64,000 bases of DNA from Mayamaea pseudoterrestris (GCA_027923505.1 BROI01000007.1:558001-622000); one strand, 5' to 3'; shown: positions 11,021-22,595, counted from the first letter of the stretch. Program-made: numbers and translations. The notes: a model not told the origin generated them from the sequence alone.

Positions 11021-11923
11021 TTACTTGCAACTCTTTGTTGCGTTCATGTCAATGCCACAAACATCCGCCAGCCGAATGAGGTAAATCGTCACATCCGCAA
11101 TTTCCTGGCCCGCCTTGTCGACAAGCTCGGGAGATAGTGGTTGAGCTTCATCCTTGCTCCACTGAAAGAGTTCCGCTAGCTCGCCCAATTCGCCCAAGAG
11201 CGCCAAAAGCAAGCTGCGAGGTAAGTGATACTTGGACCAGCTTCGCTCCGTGGCGAATCGACGAATTGCTGCGGTCAATTCTGGAAGAGCATCGCCGAGA
11301 CTCGCATGCTTGGGCAAAGCGTTTAATGTGACATGTAGTGTCGACTGTCCTTCGTCCTTGGTAATGCCCGTCTCTTTGGAGTATTCCGTGCTATACGAAT
11401 ATATTAAAAGTCAGATCAGAGTTTACTAATGAATGACAAAGATCAAGGCATGAAGCGTAGGAAGTACTTACTACTTGCCAGCCTTGCCGGTGCACAATTC
11501 CGCTGGATACTTTTTTCGATTCAGTTCCATCTTCTTGTAGATACAAGTCGAAAGATCCAATTCCAATCGAGCTGCCGTCTCTTCCAGACCAGTCAGCAGC
11601 TGCGACGTCAATACCGAAAGTTGCGAGCATTCAGCAATCGATCGTCGAGCCTCCTCCGAGACGCCTGCGTCGCTCGTCGAATCCAACGGAACGTTTTCCA
11701 AAAACAAAGCTGACAGCTTGCCAACCAAGACTGAAAGTTGGAAAATGTCATTGCGAATGAGGTGAACTAAATAAGAATCGACAAAATTTTGAAGTGTTGG
11801 CAAAGTCGAGGTCGACGACAACGTTTGATTTTGATGACGAGTTTCTTCATCATTCTTTAACATGTCGTGAACACCACTCAGATGATTGATGCAGACGCTT
11901 GTTGGGGAGGTAGCCGATTTCAT
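11021..11923 (-). CDS. dCTP pyrophosphatase 1 / MazG-like all-alpha NTP pyrophosphatase; intron 11391-11471
   Basis: FATERSWSKYHLPRSLLLALLGELGELAELFQW and QEIADVTIYLIRLADVCGID; exon 1 has KKMELNRKKYP. The splice joins GKAGK-Y-TEYS. Start codon uncertain. Confidence 0.82.
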
Positions 11924-12219
11924 GACCCTAAGGATGGTGCAGTACTGTATTAATGTGAATGAAAAAAGCGAGATCACTTTTTATACCAGTTGTTCTTCCA
12001 TCGTCCGACAGCGCGCCATGGCAAAGCGAAACGCATTGGCTTTCCGTGTCGAAATGTCACACCACCACCAATTAAAATGTCGGACCGGTAACAAAACACG
12101 TATGCGCCGTGCTCGTATCCACAGAAAAAACTGACCGCCAAAGTCAGCCTACAGTAATGAATGGACAATCCTACGGTAGAGCTTGCTTTAGCTGTTCACA
12201 TGCTCCGAAGCAACTCATC

Positions 12220-12232
12220 AAAAGTAATAAAA
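12220..12232 (-). terminator. Putative Pol III terminator (TTTT-attac-TTTT) for the permuted tRNA
   Basis: Two T4 runs on the minus strand, the first starting about 10 nt after G37. Confidence 0.6.
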
Positions 12233-12241
12233 GTATCGTTT

Positions 12242-12322
12242 CATAAGACCAACACTCTGACCACTGAGTTACACGAGCATCGGGTGTGCTCGAGGAGAGG
12301 GTCGAACTCTCGACCATTGGCT
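12242..12322 (-). tRNA. Circularly permuted tRNA-Ile(UAU): 3' half (nt 38-73) at 12322-12287, 8-nt spacer, 5' half (nt 1-37) at 12278-12242
   Basis: Reassembled 73-mer GCTCGTGTAACTCAGTGGTCAGAGTGTTGGTCTTATG+AGCCAATGGTCGAGAGTTCGACCCTCTCCTCGAGCA folds into a full cloverleaf: acceptor GCTCGTG/CTCGAGC, D stem ACTC/GAGT, anticodon stem TTGGT/GCCAA, T stem GAGAG/CTCTC. Anticodon TAT at 12245-12243. Confidence 0.92.
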
Positions 12323-12360
12323 TACTTGAACGTAGTGACGCAAAGACGGCCGTGTTTGGG

Positions 12361-12368
12361 TATATAAA
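12361..12368. promoter_or_regulatory. TATA element (TATATAAA) between the permuted tRNA (-) and LSm2 (+)
   Basis: Lies ~40 nt upstream of tRNA nt 38 on the minus strand and ~95 nt upstream of the LSm2 ATG on the plus strand. Confidence 0.5.
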
Positions 12369-12460
12369 CGCTGACTATTGATTTAAGTAACGCTCCGACA
12401 GCAACATTTGGGTTCTTCACAAACCGCACGATCATTTTACAGGGAGTCCATGACTTGACC

Positions 12461-12845
12461 ATGGTATGTAAGGCTTCTACTGTCACTTCCCTGTGTTTTC
12501 TTCTCCATATTTGATCTTACACTTGGAATCGTTTTTGCTCTTCAGATTTTTGTTTCCTTCTTCAAAACTCTGGTGGGCAAGGAGGTGGCAGTCGAGCTAA
12601 AGAACGACGTTGTATTGATGGGCGTTTTGCATAGCGTGGATCAATACCTTAACATTAAGCTTTTACAAGTACGAGTGGTCAATCCAGAAAAATATCCACA
12701 GCTGACAGCTTTAGAGAACTGCTTTATTCGCGGGAGTGTTGTGCGATATATTCAGATTCCTAGCGAGTTTGTCGACACGGAATTGCTGCAAGACGCTGCT
12801 AGAAAGGAAAACGCGCCTGCCAGTAGTAAGGCCAAGTCTGGGTAG
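12461..12845 (+). CDS. LSM2: U6 snRNA-associated Sm-like protein LSm2; ATG-only first exon, intron 12464-12545
   Basis: M|IFVSFFKTLVGKEVAVELKND..LHSVDQYLNIKL..NCFIRGSVVRYIQIP..VDTELLQDAARKE. Confidence 0.93.
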
Positions 12846-13187
12846 ACAAAGCATGAGCGAGGAGATTGACAGTCGGCTGTTATTCATAGACGACAACCTG
12901 CTGCAGGAGCTACAACATCTGGTCACTGGTGTATTGTTTCTCACAATTTGCCGGAAGATCATTCAAGTATTCTTTGATGATGGTGGTAGTATAAGGCAAA
13001 ATACCGCTTAAAACTCCAAAAAATTACTGTCTGTATGATTACTTGCGTCATTAGTGGTACAACGACCAATTCGCGAACGTGTGTAATGCAAAGAATGCTT
13101 CTGTACGCTACCTCAAATTATATATGAATGTTTGATCTATAAATTACTACTTTCTTGGCAGATGGATGTGCAAAATCCATTTGACTA

Positions 13188-15848
13188 CTACGACTGCAAC
13201 ACTTCAACAGTCAAGACCCAGAACTTTGTGCCGACTGGAAGGCCGTAGGGGTTGGCATCAGTACCAAGCTCACCAGCAACAAGTTCTTCCTGGAAGACAA
13301 TGCGGCCCAAGACGTAGTCAGGCGCGCCCTTGATGCAATCCGTCGACAAAAAGCGATAGGGGCACTTCGTGTGGAACGCAAGGTATGTTCGCTTGCCTCC
13401 AGATCCTCGGCCAGTGGGCATAAACAAGCCAATATCACCAATCTCAAAACTGCTGTGACTAATCTTGTCGCTCAGTCGCTTACTTTCCATTAATGACTGT
13501 TGCCCTTCTTCCTTGGCTAGTCGCACCTGCGCCTTTACAGCGCTGAGTTCCTTACGCAGTGCTGCAACCTCTGCGTCGTCGACAGTTGTTCCGTCCTGCG
13601 CTTTGGCATCATCAATGTATGACCGGGGCGGCTTGCCACCTAGGCGCTCCAATGCTTGACGAAGAACAGCATTCTCATAAGCCAGTGTCTTGGCTTCGGC
13701 GTCGGCTGCTGCTCCGCCGGCTGGATCAAGAATAAGGTCGTTTCCACTTTGGTCTGACGCGCTTACAATCAACTGGTCTTGATTTTGCTGAGCCGCAGCA
13801 GCTAACGCCATCTCGTGGTCACGAACCTGGTGGCTCTCCGTTGTCAGCGTCGAAGCACTACTCACTGGATTGTTATCGTCATTGGCGGCACTGCGCATCA
13901 CTGCATCGGTGAGAGTATCGCCTCTCGGCGACATGCCAACTTCGGGCAGCGCATCTACTTCGTGAGTTGATGGCAGCTGCGGAGTAAATAGTGGTGGAGG
14001 AGAGGCCAGCGTAGGGGCAAATATTTCAAAAAAGGCAGGCATTAAATGACGGCCCGGGCCTCGCAAAAACTTTTCGCGAGCCTTGACTTCGTCGTCGCGC
14101 ATGGCGGCTAGTCGCTCCATCATCGCATTTGAACACGCCGTGACGGCATGGCCAAAAGCACGACGGCGTTGAATCTCGGTAATGAAGCTCCGGTATGAGT
14201 CTGGTAGCTCAGCAACGTGCTCAAGGTGCACCATATTCTCCGACTGCTGCGTCAAGGCATCGCGCAACACCCCGACACTTGAGAGGATACGATGAATCGA
14301 TGATTGTGCAATGCTCACGTCGCGTAAACGATTTTTCATTCGCTTCATGGCATTCGTCTTTGCTTCTGCCACTCGATACATGAACTCCTTCAGTCGCTGA
14401 TCGTCTTCAGCCATGGCTGGTATGAGTCGCTTCGATGACTCGGACATCTCGCGAAACGGAGTGAATGCAGCTTGTACCTGATCATCATTATCTGCATTAA
14501 TCGCATCGATGATCATTCGAACAACCTTCCCATGGTCAGCCGTCAAGGAATCCGAGCGCTCCGATTGTCTGTCTCTGATATCCCTTGCAAAGCCTTCAAC
14601 TTCCGACCACAATGTTTCAATTTCCAATTCGGCCTCGCGATCCAATTTCCCCTCTTGCTCGCGAGTGGCTGGCGTGCCCATTTCGCCAAACGCTTGCTCG
14701 AGCGATTGAAACAAGGTCATAAGGCGCTGATGTGAGTTTGAGCATTGCTGTGCCCAGTTTCTTTCTCGTTCTACGGGGACAGTATCTAGTAACGTTTCCA
14801 TTGAACGACCAGACGCCCTCGCCGTAGACACCAGCGAGGGGTGCAATGGAACTGCAGCCAAATTATTCAAGATCGACTCGAATCGCTGTAGCAAGCTTCC
14901 CTGCGCGGTAATTTTGGCTTGGAAACCAGAGGCAAACTCTGCCCGTGTCCGCGTCGCCGAGTTGAATGTTTCCGAAAGGTTCGAGACTGCAGCACGAAGC
15001 GCTCGCGCCATGACGGCTTGCTCCTGAACGCAAGTTTTACAAGCCGCCAGACGAAGATCTGCGCCATCCGCCAAGGAGCGCCCTTGTACGGAATATAACA
15101 TGAATTGACGCTCGTATGCAGCAAGCGCCTGGTGCAAAGGCGGCGAAGAGACGGGATCGAGCGAAAGCGGACTTGGCCCTGGCGGCTCTTGAGGTACATA
15201 GACATCCATTGGTTCTAAATGGCATGGTGTAGGGTCTGGAGCATGTTCCGACAAGGACTGCTTTGAAAATAAGAATAGTCTGCGAGCGCCAGTACGCTCA
15301 GTTGTTGCAAGTATCTTATGCGGAACTCCAAAATGTTCGGGTATAGGGTCATCTTCCGCATCTCCAAGGCGAAGTGAATTCAAAGTCTCGTCAGATTGCA
15401 AAGTTGAGTCCTTCACCACTTTATATGGTGGCCCTATCAGAAGAATTTGATCGTTTGCAGGAACCGCTGCAGCGAGATGTCCTCGAATATTTGCGACTCT
15501 GGTTTTAATAGAGATCAAAAAATCGCTCGTAAGAAACACAATCACTCCGATCAAACAAACAACAAAGCTTGCAATAGACAACTTTAAAAGCCATATGCGA
15601 AGCAAGCAGTCCAGTCATTTCATTACTTCTATTTAACAATAGACCTCTGCAACTTTCTCCTCCAAGGCGCTCCCTGGAATGCTAACGAGACGTGGAACAA
15701 CCGCTCTATTTGACTCCGATTTTCTCCAGCCCGTTTCCACTTACGTCAATTCCGAAGGATGTAGCGATATTTTATAGGTCGTCCCAGTGCACGCAACTAG
15801 CACTCGGATACTAACTGATTGAGATGCGCTAGGGGACGATGCCATCAT
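13188..15848 (-). CDS. ATG11: Autophagy-related protein 11 (ATG11/RB1CC1-like); intron 15499-15744
   Basis: N-terminal ubiquitin-like segment, ATG17-like coiled coil (YRSFITEIQRRRAF), C-terminal claw region (ISHSSFEIGDIGLF..YVLGRI..NPYGLPVGTKFW). Confidence 0.82.
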
Positions 15849-16165
15849 GGTGGTGATCAGTCCTATGCTTCTCAACGCGCAGCAGTTATTCGTCCATTCG
15901 CCTCTCGCTCGTGATGTGTCGCTTTCTCTCGCGCGCGTCAAGATGCGTGACGACTGACTCGTGACTGCTTTTCAGTCCTAACGAGTCGTAACGGTACTGA
16001 AAAGATCCAATCGGCGACCAGCCGCATTTCATTCACACGATCATCGACAGCACACACGATGCTTCTCCATTCTGCACCTTTGGCAAAGGATCAAACTTAA
16101 GCCTTGTCTTTTCGTAGCAAACACACCAAATTGCATGGAAGTTGGGGACTCAACAAGAACAAAGC

Positions 16166-16897
16166 ATGAATCAGACAGCCGCTGATCCGAATCAGAACAG
16201 CAGAGGACAATCGGCAGCTGAATCATGTCTGTCGATTGGCAATGACTTGCAACTACGCGTCCCTTACTATTGCGAAGAAAATGTGTGGCGACTTGCGTAC
16301 AAAATGACGCGTGAGCATCCGGATGATCGCTTCTATGTATGCTTTATTTCCAATGAATCCAATACGGTCGCCATGTACAATCAATTGGCTGCTAGTGACG
16401 AACGAGACAAACCTGTCATTTGGGATTACCATGTCATACTGATAAGATGGTGTCATCGCGATGAGCAGGCAGTTGTCCATGATGTCGACAGTCGCTTGTC
16501 ATATCCCCAATCGCTGCGGAAATATCTACTTGGTTCTTTCACAAGCAGCCGCAATATGACTTTTGGGCCTCCATTTGCCCCACTATTCAAGTTGATTCCA
16601 GCCCACCTTTATCTCCATTATTTTGCCAGTGACCGAATGCACATGTTTAATGCAAAGATTCGAACCTGGAATGCTCCACCACCGCCCTACAACTGCATCG
16701 AAGGACGCCCAAATGGACCGTCATTGGATCGCACTGACTCGGCGCACGCCGCCTGTGTTACATTGCAAAACTATTTGAACTTTGCGACTGTAAAGAACGC
16801 GGAAGGTACAGATTCCTTGCGCGATACAATACCCAAAGAAGCCTTTGGGCGAATCTTGTCATTGAATGAGCTGGTATCGTTTGAATTCGAGCACTAA
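16166..16897 (+). CDS. NTAQ1: Protein N-terminal glutamine amidohydrolase (NTAQ1/WDYHV1)
   Basis: YYCEENVW, FISN, VIWDYHVIL, HDVDSRL, FASDRMHM, PPPY. Confidence 0.92.
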   Translation: MNQTAADPNQNSRGQSAAESCLSIGNDLQLRVPYYCEENVWRLAYKMTREHPDDRFYVCFISNESNTVAMYNQLAASDERDKPVIWDYHVILIRWCHRDEQAVVHDVDSRLSYPQSLRKYLLGSFTSSRNMTFGPPFAPLFKLIPAHLYLHYFASDRMHMFNAKIRTWNAPPPPYNCIEGRPNGPSLDRTDSAHAACVTLQNYLNFATVKNAEGTDSLRDTIPKEAFGRILSLNELVSFEFEH

Positions 16898-17312
16898 GTC
16901 GATGCGAGTTACCGCTACATTCTATCCAGCGACGCATGTCATTATCACGTGATCAGCTGCGCTCAGTGCCAGACTATGACATTGCCGGTGGCAATTACAA
17001 GAATGAGCCGGACGGATTGTACTGTACCAGTACATTGTACTTGAGAATGCGCGAAGTTTTTCCCTATGCTAGCAGATTCATTTTGAACACCTTTATGTAA
17101 ACCACAACAAGCTCGAGTACCTTTGTTGTAAAGCTTTGCCAGATTTAAAGGTCCATGCAACGATTGTCGCTTACAGTGTCTCATTGAATCGTGCGCCTGA
17201 TAGCGGGTCAGGTCGCATTCCGTCGCACCACGAAACGATTCGGAACAACGACCGCGTCTTCCTTCGTCGCCCTCCATGCTTCCAAAAGACGACAATCACA
17301 CAACTGGTTACC

Positions 17313-17759
17313 ATGTACGAAACTCAAACGCTTAATGCAGACCATGCACCAGGTCTTAACAAGCAGCTGCGAGACCGAACCAAATATGCTCTGGCGGTGA
17401 CAGTACTTTTGCTCGTGGCCGGCAAACTCCATTGGGCATGCCTTCCGTCAGCATACTCGATTTACAACTTGAAGGCTGGAACAGCAGTCTCGAGCAAGAA
17501 TGCCAAGTGGATGTTTCTCAGCGTCACGAGCTTTATCGTGAGTTTGACCTGCTTCATCATGGAAGGTGGAGCACGACTCGTTGATGGAGATCGCGACTAT
17601 AGCTTTCAAGCAAGGCTACGCTTCTATAGCTTTGCAGCAAGATCATTCTGGTGGCCAGTTCTGACGCTTTTTCTGATGTGTACCTGGTATCCTACGTTGG
17701 AGACTGTTCGTATTCGTCAAACTTCTGGTCAATTAGCTGTGACGAAGAAGATATGTTAA
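17313..17759 (+). CDS. Hypothetical small membrane protein (about 3 TM segments)
   Basis: ATG at 17313 in good context, with hydrophobic segments; no family recognised. Confidence 0.5.
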   Translation: MYETQTLNADHAPGLNKQLRDRTKYALAVTVLLLVAGKLHWACLPSAYSIYNLKAGTAVSSKNAKWMFLSVTSFIVSLTCFIMEGGARLVDGDRDYSFQARLRFYSFAARSFWWPVLTLFLMCTWYPTLETVRIRQTSGQLAVTKKIC

Positions 17760-17888
17760 TCGACGTGTATTCCATCCTTCATCAAACATGTCTACATGCC
17801 CACTAATAGTAAAGAGTTCGTTCATTTAGAAAGGCTTGTATATAAACTAAAGCATCTTTTAGTCTTCATGCAAGTGCCGATGGCATCA

Positions 17889-18729
17889 TCATTCGCCAAA
17901 TGTATCTGCCACTGGATCGTAGATGGCACCTTGTTGCTGTTCAGTCCGGCTGCCATTCCCAGTTTCATCTTCAATCTCAACAATCCCAGAAGTATCGATC
18001 GGCATTCCAGTCTTGATCTTGATATGGTTCAGTAACATGTCAATCGCAACATTCATCGAGTGGGTCGTTGAATTGACAACGAAATCCGCCAGTAATTTGG
18101 TTGGCTCAACGTGGCAATTGTGCATTGGCCGAACCGTCGCATGGTACTGCGCCACAACGTCATTCATGGTCCGTCCCCGCTCGGCCACGTCGCGTTGAAG
18201 GCGGCGAATGAAGCGAATGTCTGCTTCAGCGTCCACAAAGACGCGAACGTCCAGCTCCGCCAATAGTTGGGGATGCGACAAGATGAGAATGCCTTCGACT
18301 AGAATGACCTTGGCTGGTGTCAACGGTAACGTCTCTGTGGTGCGCGAATGCCTTACAAAATCGTAGATTGGGATTTCGACACTTTCTCCACGTTTCAATC
18401 GCTTGACATGCTCTATAAGTAGTTCCGTGTCGAGACTATCGGGATGATCAAAGTTGGTCAGCGCTCGTTTTTCCACAGTCATGTGCGATTGATCCTTGTA
18501 GTAAGAATCATGAAGAATGTAGTTAACATTTTCTTCGCCTCCCAGTTCTAGCAGTAAGCGCCGGGCCAGTGTTGTCTAGAAAACGAGTGAAAATGAGCAG
18601 CAGCCAAGCAATGGGTGAGGTGACTTAAAGAAAGCAGCCGGCAATATAGGTCTATTAACCTCAAAATCAGCCTACCTTTCCCGATCCACTTCCTCCTGCA
18701 ATTCCAACAGCAAGTAGAGGCTGCGCCAT
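17889..18729 (-). CDS. Uridine kinase; intron 18576-18675
   Basis: MAQPLLAVGIAGGSGSGK|TTLA P-loop, HDSYYKD, NFDHPDSLD, PIYDF, VEGIL, IRRLQRDVAERGR. Confidence 0.92.
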
Positions 18730-19315
18730 TGTTTACTGCGACTTCCTCTTGCCACAGTACTTGTACAAGCAGTAGGCCAATACTGTTCGTCCGCCTCCAT
18801 CATGGCGTGACGGCGCGCCAAATTCATCCGTTTTCAAAAGAAGTGTCGCATCTAAATGGATGGATGTCGTAGCGTCACCGTACATGCTTTTCTCGCGGCT
18901 GTTAGACGTTCCACGTTGTTCGCCACCTCGATTCGTGCGCACTATTTGCAAGACCAAACTTCAAGGTAATGTTATCTCTGTGATTGAATAGGCCCTTGAT
19001 ATATGCCACATTGGTCCCGATTTCAGAACTTGGATGCCCATTGATATCCACTGGTCTACTCACCCACTACAGTTGAGTTTCTCCGGGTCATCTGTCAATA
19101 TGTCTGAACAGTCATTGAAGACGCCATCCGTTGCGCGCCTATGATACATACGAATGGTGCATGACTAAAATGACCAGTGGATTCTGCGTGCATTTTCGCT
19201 CACAAAACACACTCGACAACAAGACTGCATGCCAGCCTGCACCGATAGGTGAATATCATAGGCAGCAACAAGTAGAGCCTACACACAAATCAAAGTGGAA
19301 TCCAAACATACAACA

Positions 19316-19756
19316 ATGACAAGACTACCTACCCAAAGCCACAATGCTACAAAATTGAGCTGCCGCAAGCGCGAAACCACCGTCAAATTTGCTGCCGACA
19401 CGACGTGTGCAACGGCACACAAAGTGACTGCATGTGACCGCTGCCTTCAATCGACTGGCAATAAGCGAAGATATATGCGAAGAGGCTCTAAGAGCGCTTC
19501 CATGATAATACGAGCCATGCAAAAGGAGATAGTTTCGAACCAACGAGTTCTCGTTTCGCCGGAGCCCCCGCTCAAGGAAATAGGGAGCGATGGCCAAGTG
19601 CGACGACTGTCGCTAATGTCGGCTCTCAAGGTCTCGCTGGATCAGGTCACCATCGATGACCAGACATCAGACGAGGAGAGCAAAGATGACGGCATCTCTT
19701 CATCGGATATACGTCGTCGCACTATCCAAGTCCTTGCCGAGGTGACTGACATGTAG
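19316..19756 (+). CDS. Hypothetical protein
   Basis: ORF with an RRYMRRGSKSASM motif and an acidic C-terminus; no family recognised. Confidence 0.55.
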   Translation: MTRLPTQSHNATKLSCRKRETTVKFAADTTCATAHKVTACDRCLQSTGNKRRYMRRGSKSASMIIRAMQKEIVSNQRVLVSPEPPLKEIGSDGQVRRLSLMSALKVSLDQVTIDDQTSDEESKDDGISSSDIRRRTIQVLAEVTDM

Positions 19757-20598
19757 TCACGTTGTCACGATTTATCATCTCGGACCGTCCAGGCACAGCA
19801 AGGCATTGGAATGCCACTGGTCTTCATAACTCATAACAAACATAACATAGAATTCATGAACATAGACAATCATTATAAGTCACAGATAATATGTGGTTTG
19901 TGCGTTTCATGGGCACCGACCTTGACGTTTATATACACCGCTTAATGACACAAGACAGTAACAGCATAGCTGCTCCAATATCTCTTGTCCAAAAGCAAAA
20001 GTGTAACAGCGCTTTCGGAGGAAAGTCTGAACCCATACGTAGATGAAAACTAGAAGAAGTGGCAACCGAAACTTCACAGCATTTGAAGGCATCTAAGTTG
20101 CTGCGTCAACTTAAACCAGCCAGCAAATAATGCACTTGATTCTCCGGATTAATGTGTTGCATATAGATTTTCGTACGAGCGAGTGCATCAACGAATTGGT
20201 GTGGCGCAAGGAGCCATCTAAACAGCTAACGAAAACGCGAGGCTCTCCCAAAGTTTTTCCATATACTGTTGCGCAAGCTTTGGCAATTAAGCTCGAAAGC
20301 TATGATCACCAGCCTGTCGCGTTCAGGTATAATGCCGGTACCGGTATACACTGCTTCCGGTACGGTGAGGTAGCACGGTTTGTGATAGCTACCATACTTT
20401 CGAGTCGTACCGGTATATTAGTCCCGGTAAGACAGATCTAGCTCTCAGCCAGCCAAGTCGTCGCGAGCGTTATGATGTCGTCGTCGACCATATTTCACAT
20501 GACCGAGATTCCAAGTGTTGGTCTTATCAGATTCGCATTCCATGGTCATCTCAGCTGCAAATGTGCATTGCTATAACATAGATTACAGATAAAGAATT

Positions 20599-21219
20599 AT
20601 GGAAAGCATCCAGCATGAGCAAATCAGCACAATGAGCACTTCGGCATGCTGCTCGTCGGCGCGTGAAACCAGCAAGATGAACTCGGCAACAAAGGCTCTT
20701 GTTCTCTTGATATGTGCAACAGTTCTTGGCTGTTGGAGCCGGCTTGAGGGATCTGACATGACAGAGCGATGTAGTCCTCCTAAATGCACAATAAAATCAG
20801 GTCCAATCTCCCTTGTCGCGGCATTGACTGGCACTGCCCCAACTCAATCCTCTTCCACCAGTCATAACAACAACATTAATTTTCCACTGAGACCGATAAT
20901 AGCTGAACTTGGTGTAATTGCGCTCTTCCAAGTGATTGGGTTTCCCGCCATTGGACGAGCTGGCGTGCTGCTGCGACGAGTCAAGCTCATGCGCCTCGGC
21001 CGTTCGCTTCACGTGCCGGCACCGTTGCTGAGACAGCTCTCGCGACAAGCGAAACATTTGACGCGGGTCAGTACCAAGGTTTGGAAGACGGCGGAGACTG
21101 TATATTCCAAGACGTCGCTCTCGAAGCTGGTGCAACGGATCAAAAAGATGCTCAAGATATTTTCGCATGCACACGAGGAGGAAGAGCTGGAGGCGTCTGC
21201 TTCGCATACCGGTACTTGA
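20599..21219 (+). CDS. Hypothetical protein with hydrophobic segments
   Basis: 206-aa ATG ORF filling an otherwise gene-free gap. Confidence 0.5.
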   Translation: MESIQHEQISTMSTSACCSSARETSKMNSATKALVLLICATVLGCWSRLEGSDMTERCSPPKCTIKSGPISLVAALTGTAPTQSSSTSHNNNINFPLRPIIAELGVIALFQVIGFPAIGRAGVLLRRVKLMRLGRSLHVPAPLLRQLSRQAKHLTRVSTKVWKTAETVYSKTSLSKLVQRIKKMLKIFSHAHEEEELEASASHTGT

Positions 21220-21386
21220 AGCCGTCGCTTTGACTTATATACATGGTTTACATCCAAATTGATGGATGGACGAGTTTATTAGAATCATAATTGTTTGGAG
21301 AATACGTTTACGAAAACTTTATTCTACGTTTGGTACTTCTTCGTGGCGACATGTCTTTCGTTTGAGCTCCCTATAAATCGCAATCT

Positions 21387-22258
21387 TTAACTCGACTTTT
21401 CATCCTCCACATCTCCGCTCCGCTTATCCAAAATGTGATCGATTACTCCAAACTCTAGAGACTGCGTCGCATCCATAAAGTAGTCGCGATCCATGACGCG
21501 CTCAATCACCTCCAGTGGCTGCTTGGTATGCTCAGCCATGATGCGATTCAAATTGGCGCGGGTCCGAAGTATTTCCGTCGCTTGAATCTCAATATCGGCA
21601 GCCATGCCTTGGGCGCCACCACTATAAGATCATATATGGACAATATTGTTGAGAACGACGCTTTAAAGACACATGGATTGAGACAAGACAATCTGTATTA
21701 TACGTACCTTGGTTGATGCAGCATGATTCTAGCATTGGGCAATGCAAACCTACAACCAGGAGCACCTCCAGCAAGCAAGAGGCTCCCCATGGAGGCAGCT
21801 TGTCCCATGCAAATGGTATGAACATCGCTGCGAATGTATTGCATCGTATCGTACATGGCCATACCAGCCGTGACAAGGCCGCCCGGGCTGTTAATGTACA
21901 TGTACACAGGTTGGTTCGGTTGCTCGGACTCGAGGAAGAGCAGCTGTGCCGTAACAAGCGATGCCATTTGGTCCGTGACTTGGCCATGTACACAAATGAT
22001 TCGCTCGCGCAAGAGACGAGAGTAAATGTCAAAGGATCGTTCGCCGAGGGCGCCACTCTCGAGAACAATGGGAACCGTGTAGTTTCTGCGAGCAATTGAA
22101 GAGATACCAGTATTTGGCGTTTGGGCCGATTTGCTACTGACAGGATACTTGTGCATTGAGCATGATGCTGTCGTACATGCGGATTGCCAACGTTGATTGA
22201 TAGTGAATGCGTCGATGCATTGCTTTACATTTCGCGTGGAAATGCGAAAGTTCATCAT
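21387..22258 (-). CDS. clpP: ATP-dependent Clp protease proteolytic subunit, probably mitochondrial; intron 21622-21707
   Basis: [51 protein letters not shown]-terminal transit-peptide-like extension. Confidence 0.94.
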
Positions 22259-22595
22259 ATCTCAAACCTCGTCTGCCTTGATAATTCACTAAATAGATCC
22301 AACGTTGTTGATCTCTGGACTTGTTCGGATCTTCGCCTATTGGATCCACTTTAAAAGAAGGAGCGCATGCCATCAGAAGATATTCCATGGTCGCGATGAC
22401 GCCCGCAAGGATATTTGTCGGAACGGTAGTCAGTTGTTCGGTCTTTCGTCGCAAGTGACGTCATCGTCGCGGCGGAATCCAAGCGAACCACCATGACGAT
22501 CATGCCTTTAATAGTCACTCATCGCTTATTACCCCAGTTGCAGTGCCATCTTCCTGGCATCCTTTATCGTTGTGTAGATAAAGAAGAGAATAAAT

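Noticed and set aside
12242..12322. Two tandem ordinary or intron-containing tRNA genes, or tRNA pseudogene fragments
   Set aside because: There is no 5' half upstream of the 3' half and no 3' half downstream of the 5' half. Both pieces stop exactly at 37/38 with BHB-forming flanks.
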